A stretch of DNA of 64,000 nucleotides from Candidatus Eiseniibacteriota bacterium (lineage in GTDB: Bacteria; Eisenbacteria; RBG-16-71-46; DASYSL01), in contig JANPEF010000091.1 in assembly GCA_031431875.1 (NCBI GenBank), positions 1-64,000 of the forward strand, given 5' to 3'. A program made the position numbers and the translations under genes. This document shows, one piece after another, positions 11,793-22,098 of this stretch (position 1 is the first letter of the stretch; each line of letters opens with the position of its first letter). The notes under the pieces are model-generated. The model saw only the letters and a list, made by a program, of their open reading frames with translations, did no database searches and was not told where the DNA came from.

Positions 11793-12455
11793 ATGACCCA
11801 CCATTCCGACATCAGCCACGGAGCCCGACCTGGTCCTCTTTCTACGGCTGCAACCGTCGTGCTCGGCCTCGCTCTCGTCGCGATCGGCTCGGGTTCGGTC
11901 GGCTGCGCCACCAAGGGTTATGTCCGCCAGCAGCTGTCCGACGCGCAGGTCTCGAACGATACCCGCATGTCCGCGATCTCGGACGACGTGAGCGAGGCAC
12001 AGGCCCGCGCCGACCAGGCGTTCGCCAAGGCGACGCTCGCCGAACAGCTCGCCTCGGGGGCGCTCGATTACACGGTCGTCTCGACCCAGGAAATGCGCTT
12101 CGCCTTCGACGACTACCGACTCGACGACGCGGCGACGGGCACTCTCGATGCGATGGTCACGAGTCTGGCCTCGCGTCCGCGTGGGGTGATCGAGATCCGT
12201 GGCTTCGCCGACGCCAGTGGCGACGAGCGCTACAACTACCGCCTGGGCCGGGAGCGGGCGGAGGCGGTCGAGCGTTACCTGGTGACCCGCCATGGTGTGG
12301 CCGCCGCGCGGATCGCGGTCCTGTCGATGGGCGAAGACGAGCCCACGGCCGGGAACGACACCGAGGATGGTCGCGCACAGAATCGGCGCGTCGCTGCGCG
12401 GCTGCTCGAGATCACGCCGAAGCCCGGCGATGTCCCGTTGGCGGTCGCGCCGTAG
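11793..12455 (+). CDS. OmpA family lipoprotein
   Basis: Lipobox SVGC-ATKGYV; OmpA C-terminal motifs FAFDDY, GFAD..G..YNYRLGRERAEAV, GRAQNRRV; RBS GAGGAG. Confidence 0.9.
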   Translation: MTHHSDISHGARPGPLSTAATVVLGLALVAIGSGSVGCATKGYVRQQLSDAQVSNDTRMSAISDDVSEAQARADQAFAKATLAEQLASGALDYTVVSTQEMRFAFDDYRLDDAATGTLDAMVTSLASRPRGVIEIRGFADASGDERYNYRLGRERAEAVERYLVTRHGVAAARIAVLSMGEDEPTAGNDTEDGRAQNRRVAARLLEITPKPGDVPLAVAP

Positions 12456-12653
12456 TCGTCGCTGGCGCAGCACCGACGTTTCTTCGCTGTTGGTCCGGTG
12501 CGTCCGGGGCGGTCCTCGACCTCCCCAGTCGCCCATCCCGGCGCCCGGACCACAATCTCAACGAGTGTGGGCTGGGACCCCACGCTCCCCCGCTCGGGCC
12601 GCCACCTGAGTGGTGCGGAGCGGCGGGGTCCCGTGCCGTTTCGCGTGCGGCGC

Positions 12654-14288
12654 CTAACGACGCCGCGTCGGGTTGCCGAGCACGCCGCGAATCAGGCGCT
12701 GCCCCTGACGGCTGCTCGCGAACTTGAACAAGCCACCCAGGACCGCGGCGGCTCCCGCCGCAACCTGGGCGCCGGCTCCGGGACCCGTGTTCTTCGGCGC
12801 GGGCGGTCTGGGCGCAGCCGGCCCGGGGTCGGGATGGGTCGGGGGAATCGTGCGATCGTTCGTTGCTTCCCCCCGGCGATCGCCACCCCCGGTCCCATCG
12901 TTCGCCGCTCCGCCCCCCATCCGCGCGGCGAGCATCTCGCGCGCACTCTCGCGATCGACGGCCGTGCCGAGCCGCGCGGCCAGCAGCGAAGCCACCGCGG
13001 CCGCCGCGAACTCGTTCTCGGCGAGCGGCGCCATACGCGAGGCCGGCGGCAGCATGCGACACGCCACGACCGGCGCGGGCGTGCCGTCGGGTGCCAGCAC
13101 GCTGACGACCGCCTCGCCCGTCCCGAGCGTGGTCAGCGTCTCCTCGAGGTCGTAGAACGCCGTCTTCGGGAACGTGCCCACCGTGGCCTTGAGCTTCTTT
13201 GCATCGTCGGGCGTGTAGGCGCGCAGCGCATGCTGCACGCGGTTGCCGAGCTGCCCCAGGACGTCAGCGGGCACGTCCTTCGGCGTCTGCGTGACGAAGA
13301 AGATGCCCACCCCCTTCGAGCGAATCAGCCGCACCACGTGCGTGATCTGCTCCTCGAGCGCCTTCGACGCGTCGTCGAACAGGAAGTGCGCCTCGTCGAA
13401 GAAGAACACGAGCAGCGGCTGGTCGGTATCGCCGCGCTCGGGCAGCTCCTCGTAGAGCTCGGCCAGCAGCCACATCAGGAACGTCGAGAACAGGCGCGGC
13501 CGGTCCTGCACGTCGGCCAGCTCGAGGATCGAAATCACGCCGCGTCCGTCGGGTGCGGTGCGCAGCAGGTCGCGCACGTCGAACGCCGGCTCGCCGAAGA
13601 ATGCGGCCGCCCCCTGCGCCTCGAGCTCGGTCAGCTTGCGCGCCAGCACGCCCGCGGTCGACCTGGCGAGGCCGCCGTACTGCGACAGATCGGGCGGATC
13701 ATCCCCGGCCAGCCACGCGACCACCGCGCGCAGGTCCGGCAGGTCGAGCAACGGCAGGCCCTGGTCGTCGGCGAACTTGAACACCAGCGACAGGACGGAG
13801 CCCTGGGTGTCGTTGAGGTCGAGCGCCTTGGCCAGCAGCAGCGGCCCGAAGTCGGCCACCGTCGCGCGCACGGGCGCGCCGTGCGTGCCGCTCAGGCTCA
13901 GGAACTCGACCGGGAAGCTCGCGGGCGTGAACGTCACGCCGCACGACCGGGCGCGCTCGAGCACCTTGGGCGAGGGCTCGCCGGGCGCGGCCAGCCCCGA
14001 CAGGTCGCCCTTGAGGTCGGCGAGAAAGACCGGAACGCCCGCGGCCGACAGCTTCTCGGCCAGCCCCTGCAGCGTCTTCGTCTTGCCCGTCCCGGTCGCG
14101 CCGGCGACCAGGCCGTGACGGTTGAGCAGCGCCAGCGACGCGGTGACGGGCAGGTCGGCAAAGACGCTCCCCTCGTGCATCGCGGCGCCCAGCGGCAGCG
14201 CGCCGCCCGCGCCCGCGCTCGTCGCGCCGAAGCCCGCTCCGACAGCGGCGCGGAACTCGTCCGGACTAGCCTGCGGCGACTTCGCCAT
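12654..14288 (-). CDS. DUF853 / HerA-like helicase domain ATPase (YjgR family)
   Basis: NRHGLVAGATGTGKTKTLQ, FFDEAH, VRLIRSKGVG, QLGNRVQHALRA. Confidence 0.92.
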   Translation of the reverse strand: MAKSPQASPDEFRAAVGAGFGATSAGAGGALPLGAAMHEGSVFADLPVTASLALLNRHGLVAGATGTGKTKTLQGLAEKLSAAGVPVFLADLKGDLSGLAAPGEPSPKVLERARSCGVTFTPASFPVEFLSLSGTHGAPVRATVADFGPLLLAKALDLNDTQGSVLSLVFKFADDQGLPLLDLPDLRAVVAWLAGDDPPDLSQYGGLARSTAGVLARKLTELEAQGAAAFFGEPAFDVRDLLRTAPDGRGVISILELADVQDRPRLFSTFLMWLLAELYEELPERGDTDQPLLVFFFDEAHFLFDDASKALEEQITHVVRLIRSKGVGIFFVTQTPKDVPADVLGQLGNRVQHALRAYTPDDAKKLKATVGTFPKTAFYDLEETLTTLGTGEAVVSVLAPDGTPAPVVACRMLPPASRMAPLAENEFAAAAVASLLAARLGTAVDRESAREMLAARMGGGAANDGTGGGDRRGEATNDRTIPPTHPDPGPAAPRPPAPKNTGPGAGAQVAAGAAAVLGGLFKFASSRQGQRLIRGVLGNPTRRR

Positions 14289-14637
14289 CGCTCTCCTCCC
14301 AGGTGATCAGGTCGCCCTTCACCGTGCCGCTTGCGGCGATGGCGCCGACCGGCAGCTCGAGCGTCGAATGTGCGCCCCAGAACAGCGGGCCGATGGCCCC
14401 GGGCCTGAGGTCCCTCTTCACGCCGACGACGCGATGCTTCTTGTCGAGCACGACGATGTCGATGGCGAACTTCATCCCGAACATGTGCACCCACTCCCCG
14501 GGTTCGATCCACAGGCCGGTGTCGGGCTCGAGCCCGCTGCGGCCGAGCAACCCCTTGGTGCGGGTTTCGCTGGAGTCGGCCACCTCGACGCGACGCGCCA
14601 GGGTCGTGCCGCGGGTCTGATTCAAGGCGCGGAGCAT
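14266..14637 (-). CDS. DUF192 domain protein
   Basis: VADSSETRTKGLLGR...VHMFGMKFAIDIVVLD...TLELPVG; family commonly found at the end of tad loci. Confidence 0.85.
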   Translation of the reverse strand: MLRALNQTRGTTLARRVEVADSSETRTKGLLGRSGLEPDTGLWIEPGEWVHMFGMKFAIDIVVLDKKHRVVGVKRDLRPGAIGPLFWGAHSTLELPVGAIAASGTVKGDLITWEESDGEVAAG

Positions 14638-14690
14638 GGGTGGGTCCTCAAGGTGGACGACAGGCAGGAGCGACGGAAACAGGCTACGAC

Positions 14691-14722
14691 GAAACGAGCC
14701 CCGCCGGGAAGGCGGGGCTCGT
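14691..14722 (-). terminator. Intrinsic terminator-like hairpin after the tad operon/small peptide
   Basis: Minus strand ACGAGCCCCGCC-TTCCC-GGCGGGGGCTCGT followed by TTC. Confidence 0.55.
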
Positions 14723-14772
14723 CCTGGGGACCTCGGCCGGCGCGGGGGCGCCGGCGTGCTGCCCGGCGCGGA

Positions 14773-14865
14773 CTACTTGCGCTTGGAGCGCGAGCTCTTG
14801 CGCGCCATGTAGGCGATGAAGAGTACGACCGCTGCAAGGATGAGGATGATGTTCAACGTGCTCAT
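14773..14865 (-). CDS. 30-aa single-pass membrane peptide MSTLNIILILAAVVLFIAYMARKSSRSKRK
   Basis: Strong RBS AAAGGAG, ATG 14865, TAG 14773; hydrophobic helix plus basic tail; below the ORF-track cutoff. Confidence 0.75.
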   Translation of the reverse strand: MSTLNIILILAAVVLFIAYMARKSSRSKRK

Positions 14866-14923
14866 CGACGTCACTCCTTTCCCTGGAAACCCGGACGAAG
14901 CCGGGGTCCTGCCTCCCGGAGTC

Positions 14924-15862
14924 CTACTGCGGCCTGGCGATCTTCGACAGCGAACGGAAGATCGAGATGAACCCCGGCCCGAGCAGCACGAGCAGCAGCT
15001 CGGGGAAAATGCAGAGCACGAGCGGGAAGACGAGCTTCACCGCCACCTTGTGAGCCGCTTCCTCGGCGCGCTGACGACGCTTCACCCGAAGGGAGTCCGA
15101 CTGCGCGCGCAGCGAGGCCGCGATGCTCGTGCCCAGACGATCCGTCTGCACGAGCACCGCGACCAGGCTCTTCACGTCGGCCACGCCGGTGCGATCGGCG
15201 AGGGCGCGAAGGGCGTCGATTCGATTGATGCCGGCCTTCATCTCGTTGTTCACCTGGCGCAACTCCTGCGACAGGACCGGGCTGGCCAGCGTGATCTCCT
15301 GCGACACCTTGACGATCGCGGCATTGAGCCCAAGGCCGGCCTCGACGCAGACGACGAGCAGGTCGAGCGCATCGGGCAGCGCATGGGTGACCTCGGTCTT
15401 CCGCTCGCTCGACTTGGCCATCAGCCAGAGCGTCGGCACGTAGAAGCCGATCACCGCGAACACGATCGACCAGATGAGCGTGTTGCCCAGGTTCTGGCGG
15501 AACGCCGCCATGAGCACGAAGAAGATCAGCGGCAGGCCGACCGCGAAGACGATCTTGGCGCCGAGGAACGTGGTGACGGCGTTCGGACCGCGCAGTCCGG
15601 CCTCGGTCAGGCCGTCCTTGATCGACTCCTGCCCGTCGGCATTGGGCAGGAAGCCGGCCAGCCGCGCGAGCAACCGCTCCCAGATGGGACGGCGCTGCGT
15701 CCGCCGCGACTGCCACCACGAGGTCGACTCGGTCGAGCTCTTGATCTCCGCCAGTCGTGCCGCGACCGGATCGGAGCCAGCTTGCCGCTGGTTGATCATC
15801 CCGAAGATGAGCAACGCCACGGTGGCGAAGACGAGGACGACGGCGAGGATGACGAGGATCAT
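14924..15862 (-). CDS. tadC: Tad pilus inner-membrane platform protein TadC
   Basis: LPDALDLLVVCVEAGLGL, RRQRAEEAAHKVAVKLVFPL. Confidence 0.93.
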   Translation of the reverse strand: MILVILAVVLVFATVALLIFGMINQRQAGSDPVAARLAEIKSSTESTSWWQSRRTQRRPIWERLLARLAGFLPNADGQESIKDGLTEAGLRGPNAVTTFLGAKIVFAVGLPLIFFVLMAAFRQNLGNTLIWSIVFAVIGFYVPTLWLMAKSSERKTEVTHALPDALDLLVVCVEAGLGLNAAIVKVSQEITLASPVLSQELRQVNNEMKAGINRIDALRALADRTGVADVKSLVAVLVQTDRLGTSIAASLRAQSDSLRVKRRQRAEEAAHKVAVKLVFPLVLCIFPELLLVLLGPGFISIFRSLSKIARPQ

Positions 15863-15869
15863 GGGCCCC

Positions 15870-16832
15870 TCAGACCTTGATGTTGATGACCTTGCGGATC
15901 CAGAAGAACCCGACGACCTGCAGGACGAGACACATCATGAGCATCATCTGCCCCGCAGGGTCACGGAAGAACGTGAGCATGTAGTTGGGTGCGATCATGG
16001 TGAAGAGCACGCCCAGTGCGATCGGCAGGATCGACAGGATCATGCCGGTCAGGCGACCGTGCGCGGTGCGCGCCTTGACGTCGCCCAGGATCTTGAAGCG
16101 CTCACGGATGATGCGCGCGATCGACTCCATGATCTCGGCGAGGTTGCCACCCGTCTCGCGCTGGATGATGACCGCCGTGACGAAGAACTTGAGGTCGAGC
16201 GAGTCGACGCGATCGGTCAGGTTGACCAGCGCCTCCTTCACGTCGAGGCCCAGGTTCTGCTCGTCGAACGTGACCGCGAACTCCTGCGCCAGCGGATCGG
16301 GCGATTCCTGCGCCACGAGCTGCAACGCGGCCGGGAACGACAGTCCGGCGCGCAGCGCGCTGGTCATCAGGTCGAGCGCGTCGGGCAGCTCCTCGCTGAA
16401 CTGGTTCATGCGCTTGCTCTTCTGCCCCTTCACCCACCAGTAGGGGATGAACGCCGTCAGTCCGCCGACGACCAGGCCCAGCAAAGGCCGATGCAGCAGC
16501 ATCGAGCACAGGAGGAAGAACACGGCCCCCGAGAGCACCATGAGCAGCACGAGCGTGCCCACCCGCCAGCTCAGGCCGGCCTGGTAGAGCAGGAGTTCGA
16601 GCTTGCGCGAGAACGGCAGCGACGACAGGAAGCGGTCGACGATCGTGATGTCCGACATCCGCTTGTCGCGCAGCACGCCCTTGTCGATCGTGTCTTCGCG
16701 ACCGAGCATTGACAGGCGGCGCAACTGGTCCTGGATGCGCTTCTGCCCCTCGGACATGTTCGTTGCGCGCCACGCGTAGAACGTGACGACGAACGCCAGG
16801 AACACGAGCAGGGCGGCGATCAGTGCGAGCAT
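15870..16832 (-). CDS. tadB: Tad pilus inner-membrane platform protein TadB
   Basis: [31 protein letters not shown]. Confidence 0.93.
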   Translation of the reverse strand: MLALIAALLVFLAFVVTFYAWRATNMSEGQKRIQDQLRRLSMLGREDTIDKGVLRDKRMSDITIVDRFLSSLPFSRKLELLLYQAGLSWRVGTLVLLMVLSGAVFFLLCSMLLHRPLLGLVVGGLTAFIPYWWVKGQKSKRMNQFSEELPDALDLMTSALRAGLSFPAALQLVAQESPDPLAQEFAVTFDEQNLGLDVKEALVNLTDRVDSLDLKFFVTAVIIQRETGGNLAEIMESIARIIRERFKILGDVKARTAHGRLTGMILSILPIALGVLFTMIAPNYMLTFFRDPAGQMMLMMCLVLQVVGFFWIRKVINIKV

Positions 16833-16860
16833 GTGCGGTTCTCCCCGGGCCGATCGCCGG

Positions 16861-18207
16861 TCAGTCGAACGTGCCCGACGGCAGCTCGACGCCGCTCAGC
16901 TTGAGCCGGTCGAGGAAGCGCGGACGGATTCCGGTGGAGGTGAACGCCCCGAGCACCTGGCCATTCTCGCCGATGCCGGTACGCTTGAACGTGAAGACGT
17001 CCTGCATGGTCACGACGCTGCCTTCCATGCCCGTGATCTCGGAGATGGAGAGGATCTTGCGCTTGCCGTCGGACATGCGGCTGACCTGGACGATGACGTC
17101 GATCGCCGAGCTGATCTGCTCGCGCATGGCCTTGTCCGGGAGCGAGATGCCCGACATCTGCATCAGCGTCTCGAGACGGGTCAAAGCGTCGCGCGCCGAA
17201 TTGGCATGCAGCGTGGTGAGCGAGCCGTCGTGGCCCGTGTTCATGGCCTGGAGCATGTCGAGCACTTCCTCGGAGCGCACCTCACCGACCACGATGCGGT
17301 CGGGGCGCATGCGCAGGGCGTTGCGCACCAGGTCGCGCGCGGTCACCTGGCCCTTGCCCTCGATGTTCGGCGGGCGGGTCTCGAGGCGCACGACGTGGGG
17401 CTGCTGGAGCTGGAGCTCGGCCGAGTCCTCGATCGTCACGATGCGCTCGTCGGGCGGGATGAAGCCCGACATGATGTTGAGCGTCGTCGTCTTGCCCGAA
17501 CCGGTACCGCCCGAGATGAGGACGTTGAGCCGCGCCCGGACCACGCCCTGGAGCACCAGGGCCATGGGCTCGGAAATGGTGTTGAACGACACGAAGTCCT
17601 GCATCGTCAGCGCCTTGACGGCGAACCGGCGGATCGAGAGCAGCGGTCCGTCGAGCGCCAGCGGCGGGATGATCGCGTTGACGCGCGAGCCGTCGGGCAG
17701 GCGGGCGTCGACGTAGGGCGACGCCTCGTCGACGCGGCGACCGACGCGCGAGACGATGCGGTCGATGATGACGCGCAGGTGCTGGTCGTCGCGGAACGTG
17801 ACGTTGGTCAGCTCGAGCTTGCCCCGACGCTCGACGAACACCTGGCGGTAGGTGTTGACCAGGATGTCCGAGATCTCGGGGTCGTGCAGCAACGGCTCGA
17901 TCGGGCCCAGGCCGAAGGTTTCGTCCCGGATCTCCTTGACCAGCCGTTCCTCGTCGGTCGGCGACAGGCGCAGGTCCTGCTCCTTGAGCAGGGTCCGCAC
18001 GACGCGGTCGACCTGCTGCTGCAGGAACTCGTTGTCGACGTTCTCGAGGCTCGCCAGGTCGAGTCGATCGATCAACTGGCGATGAATCATCTGCTTCAGC
18101 TCATGGTACGTATCCTGCGCCCGTGCTTCGGGGGCGAGCGGCGACTGGGCGCCAAGCGTGGCACCGGCCGTTTCAGGTCGTCGGGTGATTCGTTCGCGCA
18201 GTCCCAT
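16861..18207 (-). CDS. cpaF: Tad pilus assembly ATPase TadA/CpaF
   Basis: [41 protein letters not shown]. Confidence 0.96.
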   Translation of the reverse strand: MGLRERITRRPETAGATLGAQSPLAPEARAQDTYHELKQMIHRQLIDRLDLASLENVDNEFLQQQVDRVVRTLLKEQDLRLSPTDEERLVKEIRDETFGLGPIEPLLHDPEISDILVNTYRQVFVERRGKLELTNVTFRDDQHLRVIIDRIVSRVGRRVDEASPYVDARLPDGSRVNAIIPPLALDGPLLSIRRFAVKALTMQDFVSFNTISEPMALVLQGVVRARLNVLISGGTGSGKTTTLNIMSGFIPPDERIVTIEDSAELQLQQPHVVRLETRPPNIEGKGQVTARDLVRNALRMRPDRIVVGEVRSEEVLDMLQAMNTGHDGSLTTLHANSARDALTRLETLMQMSGISLPDKAMREQISSAIDVIVQVSRMSDGKRKILSISEITGMEGSVVTMQDVFTFKRTGIGENGQVLGAFTSTGIRPRFLDRLKLSGVELPSGTFD

Positions 18208-18231
18208 CGTGTTCTCCCGGACGCCCGGCCG

Positions 18232-19425
18232 TCAACGGCCGCGGCGAAGGAACTTGTCGAGGAATCCCTTGCCCGCTCTTGCGTCTTCCGTGATCGGCGC
18301 CTCGATGCCCGCCAGCTCGGAAGCGAGCTGGTCGAAGCTCTTCGTGACGTCTGCTTCGGCGTCGATCTCGGACACCGGCATGCCGGCGTTGATCGCGTCG
18401 CTCATGTTCGCGTAGTCGTTCGGGATCCGCCAGTACACCGGGTAGTGCAGCGCCTCTTCGAGCTGCTCGACGCCGATGTCCTTCTGCGGCAGGTACCGAT
18501 TGACCACCAGGCGAACCTTCTCCTGGTCGCGCAGGTAGTTCAGCTGGCGAAACACGTCGAGGCAGCGCTGCGCGGCGCGGATCGACGGCAAGTTGAGGAG
18601 CACGACCACGAGGATCTGGTCCGCGAGGTCGAACACCTCCAGGTTCACGTCGGAGAAGCCGTGCCCGTTGTCCACCACGACGAACGGGAACGAGTCCCGC
18701 ATCGTGGTCAGGATCTCGTTGACCTTGGCGGGCTTCACCACCTCGGTCTGCTCGGGCCGATCCGGACCCGCCAGCACGAACACGCCCGACGAGTGCTTCA
18801 CCAGGGCGCCGGTGATCTGGCCGGAGTCGATCCGGCCGGTCCCCCCGCACACATCGGCGATGGTCTTCGGCGCGCGCGCGTTCATGAAGATGCTGACGTC
18901 GCCCGCCTGCAGGTCGAGATCGGCCAGCGCGACGTCCTTGCCCGTCACCCGCGCCAGCGCGACCGAAAGGTTGGCCGACACCGACGTGGTGCCCACGCCT
19001 CCCTTGTTGCTGAACACCGCGATGATCTTGCCGCGCCCGCCCGAGGTCCGGTCGGCCTGCTTGAGCAGGCGATCGACCGCGGCCCCGAACTCCGCATTGG
19101 GCACCGGGCGAGGCAGGTATTCCTTCGCCCCGGCACGCATGGCGCGCAGGATCGTGTTCGGCTGCGTATCCGTCGACGTGATGAAGATCGCCGTCGCCGG
19201 GTTCTCGAGGTGGAACCGCTCCGCGGCGGCAAGCGCCTCGTCGAGCGGCTTGGCCTCGAGGACCAGCAACGAAGGGCGGACCTGGCGGGCCAGCTTCATA
19301 CCGAGCTGGAGGTCGCCCGCATCCTTCTCGACCGACACACCCGGCATGGAACGAAGCTGGGTGATCAGCGAGCTGCGGGAACCGTCATCCGTGTCGATTA
19401 CGACCGCTGTGAACTTCGACGACAC
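18232..19425 (-). CDS. cpaE: Pilus assembly protein CpaE/TadZ (receiver-like + MinD-like ATPase)
   Basis: AMRAGAKEYL, SNKGGVGTTSVSANL, IPNDY. Confidence 0.9.
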   Translation of the reverse strand: MSSKFTAVVIDTDDGSRSSLITQLRSMPGVSVEKDAGDLQLGMKLARQVRPSLLVLEAKPLDEALAAAERFHLENPATAIFITSTDTQPNTILRAMRAGAKEYLPRPVPNAEFGAAVDRLLKQADRTSGGRGKIIAVFSNKGGVGTTSVSANLSVALARVTGKDVALADLDLQAGDVSIFMNARAPKTIADVCGGTGRIDSGQITGALVKHSSGVFVLAGPDRPEQTEVVKPAKVNEILTTMRDSFPFVVVDNGHGFSDVNLEVFDLADQILVVVLLNLPSIRAAQRCLDVFRQLNYLRDQEKVRLVVNRYLPQKDIGVEQLEEALHYPVYWRIPNDYANMSDAINAGMPVSEIDAEADVTKSFDQLASELAGIEAPITEDARAGKGFLDKFLRRGR

Positions 19426-19525
19426 GCCGTGCCCTCCTGGCCTGGCCCAAACTCCGGCCCGCGCTCCGCGCGCGGACCGGTCGATCCGAACTCCCTCCTG
19501 TGATCGGCTGCGGGGACGGCCCCCT

Positions 19526-20815
19526 TCAGCGAATCAGCGAGAGATTAAAGGTGAAGAATCCCGAGGTCTCCCCGTCGACGCACGGGGCGCCCGGGGCACG
19601 CACCTTGAGGAAGCGGCCACGAACCTCGGCCGGACCGGTCATGCGCTCCATGAAGAACGCGGCGACCTTGACGACCTGCACCTGCTTGCGACCCGAGACG
19701 ATCGGGATCCGAGGATCGTGGATCGGGATGAGAACGATGCGCGGACTCACTGCAAAGTCGGAGTTGACGACGCTCTGCGTCGCATCGTCCCACTCGGCGT
19801 CCGGGTCCTGCGCGATCAGGTCGCGCATGCCCTGGTTCGTCGGGCCGGTCATCAATCCCGGCTCGGTTGCCAGCCAGTCGCCCTCCTCGATGGATGTCGG
19901 GTTGCAGCGCGCGATGTTCTCGCGATACTGGTCCCCACCGGGGATCGGGGTCCCCTTGTTGATCGGCGGCAGGTCGACCGAGAAGAACTGGCCGGGCGCC
20001 GGCGGATCCGAGCTGCTCGGGTTGCCCGCGTGCAGGGTCAACTCGAGACCCAGGTCGCCCTCGGGCGAGAGGAAGTTGCCGGGAATTGGGTCCGGGCCGT
20101 AGCCGGTGAGCGACGGGTGGTAGTTCTCGGCGTCGTACCGGCCGTTCCCATTGCCGTCCGTGTAGTCCTCGCCCAGCTCCCATTTGCCGCTCTGGTCCGA
20201 GTCGGTAAAGGTCTCGAAATCGAATTTGCCGTTGTTCCGCCAGTCCGGATTGCGCCTCCGACCGACGGGCTCGCCCATGTAGCCGGGGATGCCGGTGAGA
20301 TCGTCCCAGCGATCCGGGATCGACCACGGCTTGACGCACGAGACGCTGCACGTGCCGCCGCAGCGCGCGGTCGCGATCGCGTTGACCGCGGACTCACGCT
20401 GCGCGTCGGGGACATCGGCGTCCGGATTGCTCGACTGGAAGATGTTGAACAGGCCCAGCAGGTATTGCCGCGTGTCGCTGCGCGCGATCACCGTGACGTC
20501 GTTGGCGCTTCCCGAGTGCTCGATCGTAATGTCGCCGTCGGCCACGTCGAGGTTGACGGCGTTGTCCTCGAGGGCCTGGTTCGCGTCGGTGATCTTCTTC
20601 GCCTCGGCCTTGGCCTCCTCGTCGGTCGGCGTGCCGCCACAGAACATGCCGGCGCCGGCGAGAGCGCCGGCGTCAGCCGCGTTCTGCAATTGCGTCTTGG
20701 TCACCAGCATTCGACCGATGTCGATGGTCAGGATGCCGAATCCGGCCAGCACCGCGGTGGCCATGGCCACCATGATGAGGACGTTGCCCTTTTCGTTGCG
20801 AATCCACTGACGCAT
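19526..20815 (-). CDS. TadG-like pilus-associated protein
   Basis: EKG-hydrophobic prepilin-like start, IDIGRML..KTQLQNAADAGALAG. Confidence 0.8.
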   Translation of the reverse strand: MRQWIRNEKGNVLIMVAMATAVLAGFGILTIDIGRMLVTKTQLQNAADAGALAGAGMFCGGTPTDEEAKAEAKKITDANQALEDNAVNLDVADGDITIEHSGSANDVTVIARSDTRQYLLGLFNIFQSSNPDADVPDAQRESAVNAIATARCGGTCSVSCVKPWSIPDRWDDLTGIPGYMGEPVGRRRNPDWRNNGKFDFETFTDSDQSGKWELGEDYTDGNGNGRYDAENYHPSLTGYGPDPIPGNFLSPEGDLGLELTLHAGNPSSSDPPAPGQFFSVDLPPINKGTPIPGGDQYRENIARCNPTSIEEGDWLATEPGLMTGPTNQGMRDLIAQDPDAEWDDATQSVVNSDFAVSPRIVLIPIHDPRIPIVSGRKQVQVVKVAAFFMERMTGPAEVRGRFLKVRAPGAPCVDGETSGFFTFNLSLIR

Positions 20816-20856
20816 GGCTGACCTCGACGCTTTCTGCGGACGGTTTTCCTGCCGCG

Positions 20857-21993
20857 CTACTCCTCGGACTTCGCCTCCATCGGGTTCGGCAGCTCGGGCA
20901 CTTCGCTAGCCTCGAGCGGCCGGATGATGCGGGGCGAAACCAGGATCACGAGCTCATTCTCCGTGATCGACTCGTAGGTGTTCTTGAACAGCGCCCCCAG
21001 GACCGGGATCGCGCTCAGGAACGGAATACCACTCGACTGCTTCTGCACTTCCGTGTTGGTGAGCCCACCGATGACCAGGCTCTGTCCGTCCCTCATCTCC
21101 ACAACCGTGTCCACCCGGCGGGTGCGGAATCCCGGAATCAGGAAGCCCGAGATCTCGACCGCGTTCGAGTAGTCCGGCTGGCTGACCTCGGGCTTGACGC
21201 GCAGGTTGATGATGCCCGAGTCGATCACCGTCGGCGTGAAGTCGAGCTTCACGCCGTATTCCTTGAAGATGATGTTGATCGACGACGACCCGGATCCGGC
21301 CTGGATCACCGGAATCGGAATCTCACCGCCGGCCAGGAACGAGGCCTTCTCGCCGTTGACCGCAACCAGGTTCGGGCTGGCCAGGGTCTTGAGCGTTCCG
21401 TCCTCTTCCAGCGCCTTGACCACGGCCTGAATGCGGCGATCGCCCGACAACGTCACGTAATCGAGCGCGATGCCGACCTGCTCACCGAGCGGCGACTCGA
21501 TCAGCGGCATGGACGGCCGCTTGACCTGTCCGCCGAAGAACCCGAGCGAACCCGAGCCCTCGATGCGCCGGCTGTTCAGCGCGCTGACGAAGAAATCGAA
21601 CCCGAGCTCCTTGAGCCGGGCGCGGTTCACCTCCGCCACCTTCACGTTCAGCACGACCTGGTTGTAGCCGGTGCCGTTGTGCACCACCACGTCGTACGTC
21701 TGGAAACGGTTGCCCTTGCTCCACACGACGAGGGACGTGGTCCCGATCTTCTTCGCGTTGAGCAGAAGCTGCCGCGACGTGGCCACGACCACGTCCGCGA
21801 TCTTGTCGTCCGCGATCGCCACGGTCCCGATCGAGTCGGGAACCGAGAGGACCGCCGACCGGCCGATCATGATCCGCACCTTCTGCGGCTCCTGAGCGGC
21901 GGCCGTCCCGGCCCACCCGAGCGCGACGAGCAGGGCCGACAGGCCCAACCCGAGCGCGACAGAACGAATCCACTTCTCCGGCATCAGCGACAT
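20857..21993 (-). CDS. cpaC: Pilus secretin CpaC/RcpA
   Basis: RBS AAGGAGG; signal peptide; QVVLNVKVAEV, LASPNL...ASFLAGGEIPIP, IPFLSAIPVLGALF, ELVILVSPRI. Confidence 0.92.
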   Translation of the reverse strand: MSLMPEKWIRSVALGLGLSALLVALGWAGTAAAQEPQKVRIMIGRSAVLSVPDSIGTVAIADDKIADVVVATSRQLLLNAKKIGTTSLVVWSKGNRFQTYDVVVHNGTGYNQVVLNVKVAEVNRARLKELGFDFFVSALNSRRIEGSGSLGFFGGQVKRPSMPLIESPLGEQVGIALDYVTLSGDRRIQAVVKALEEDGTLKTLASPNLVAVNGEKASFLAGGEIPIPVIQAGSGSSSINIIFKEYGVKLDFTPTVIDSGIINLRVKPEVSQPDYSNAVEISGFLIPGFRTRRVDTVVEMRDGQSLVIGGLTNTEVQKQSSGIPFLSAIPVLGALFKNTYESITENELVILVSPRIIRPLEASEVPELPNPMEAKSEE

Positions 21994-22098
21994 GGGGCGC
22001 CTCCTTGGCTTGTTTTCGTCCGATGGCTTGGGACCAGAGTCATCGGCCCCTGGCCGGTGACGGACGAGGCCCTCCTTCCAGAAGGGCACTCGGGACAC

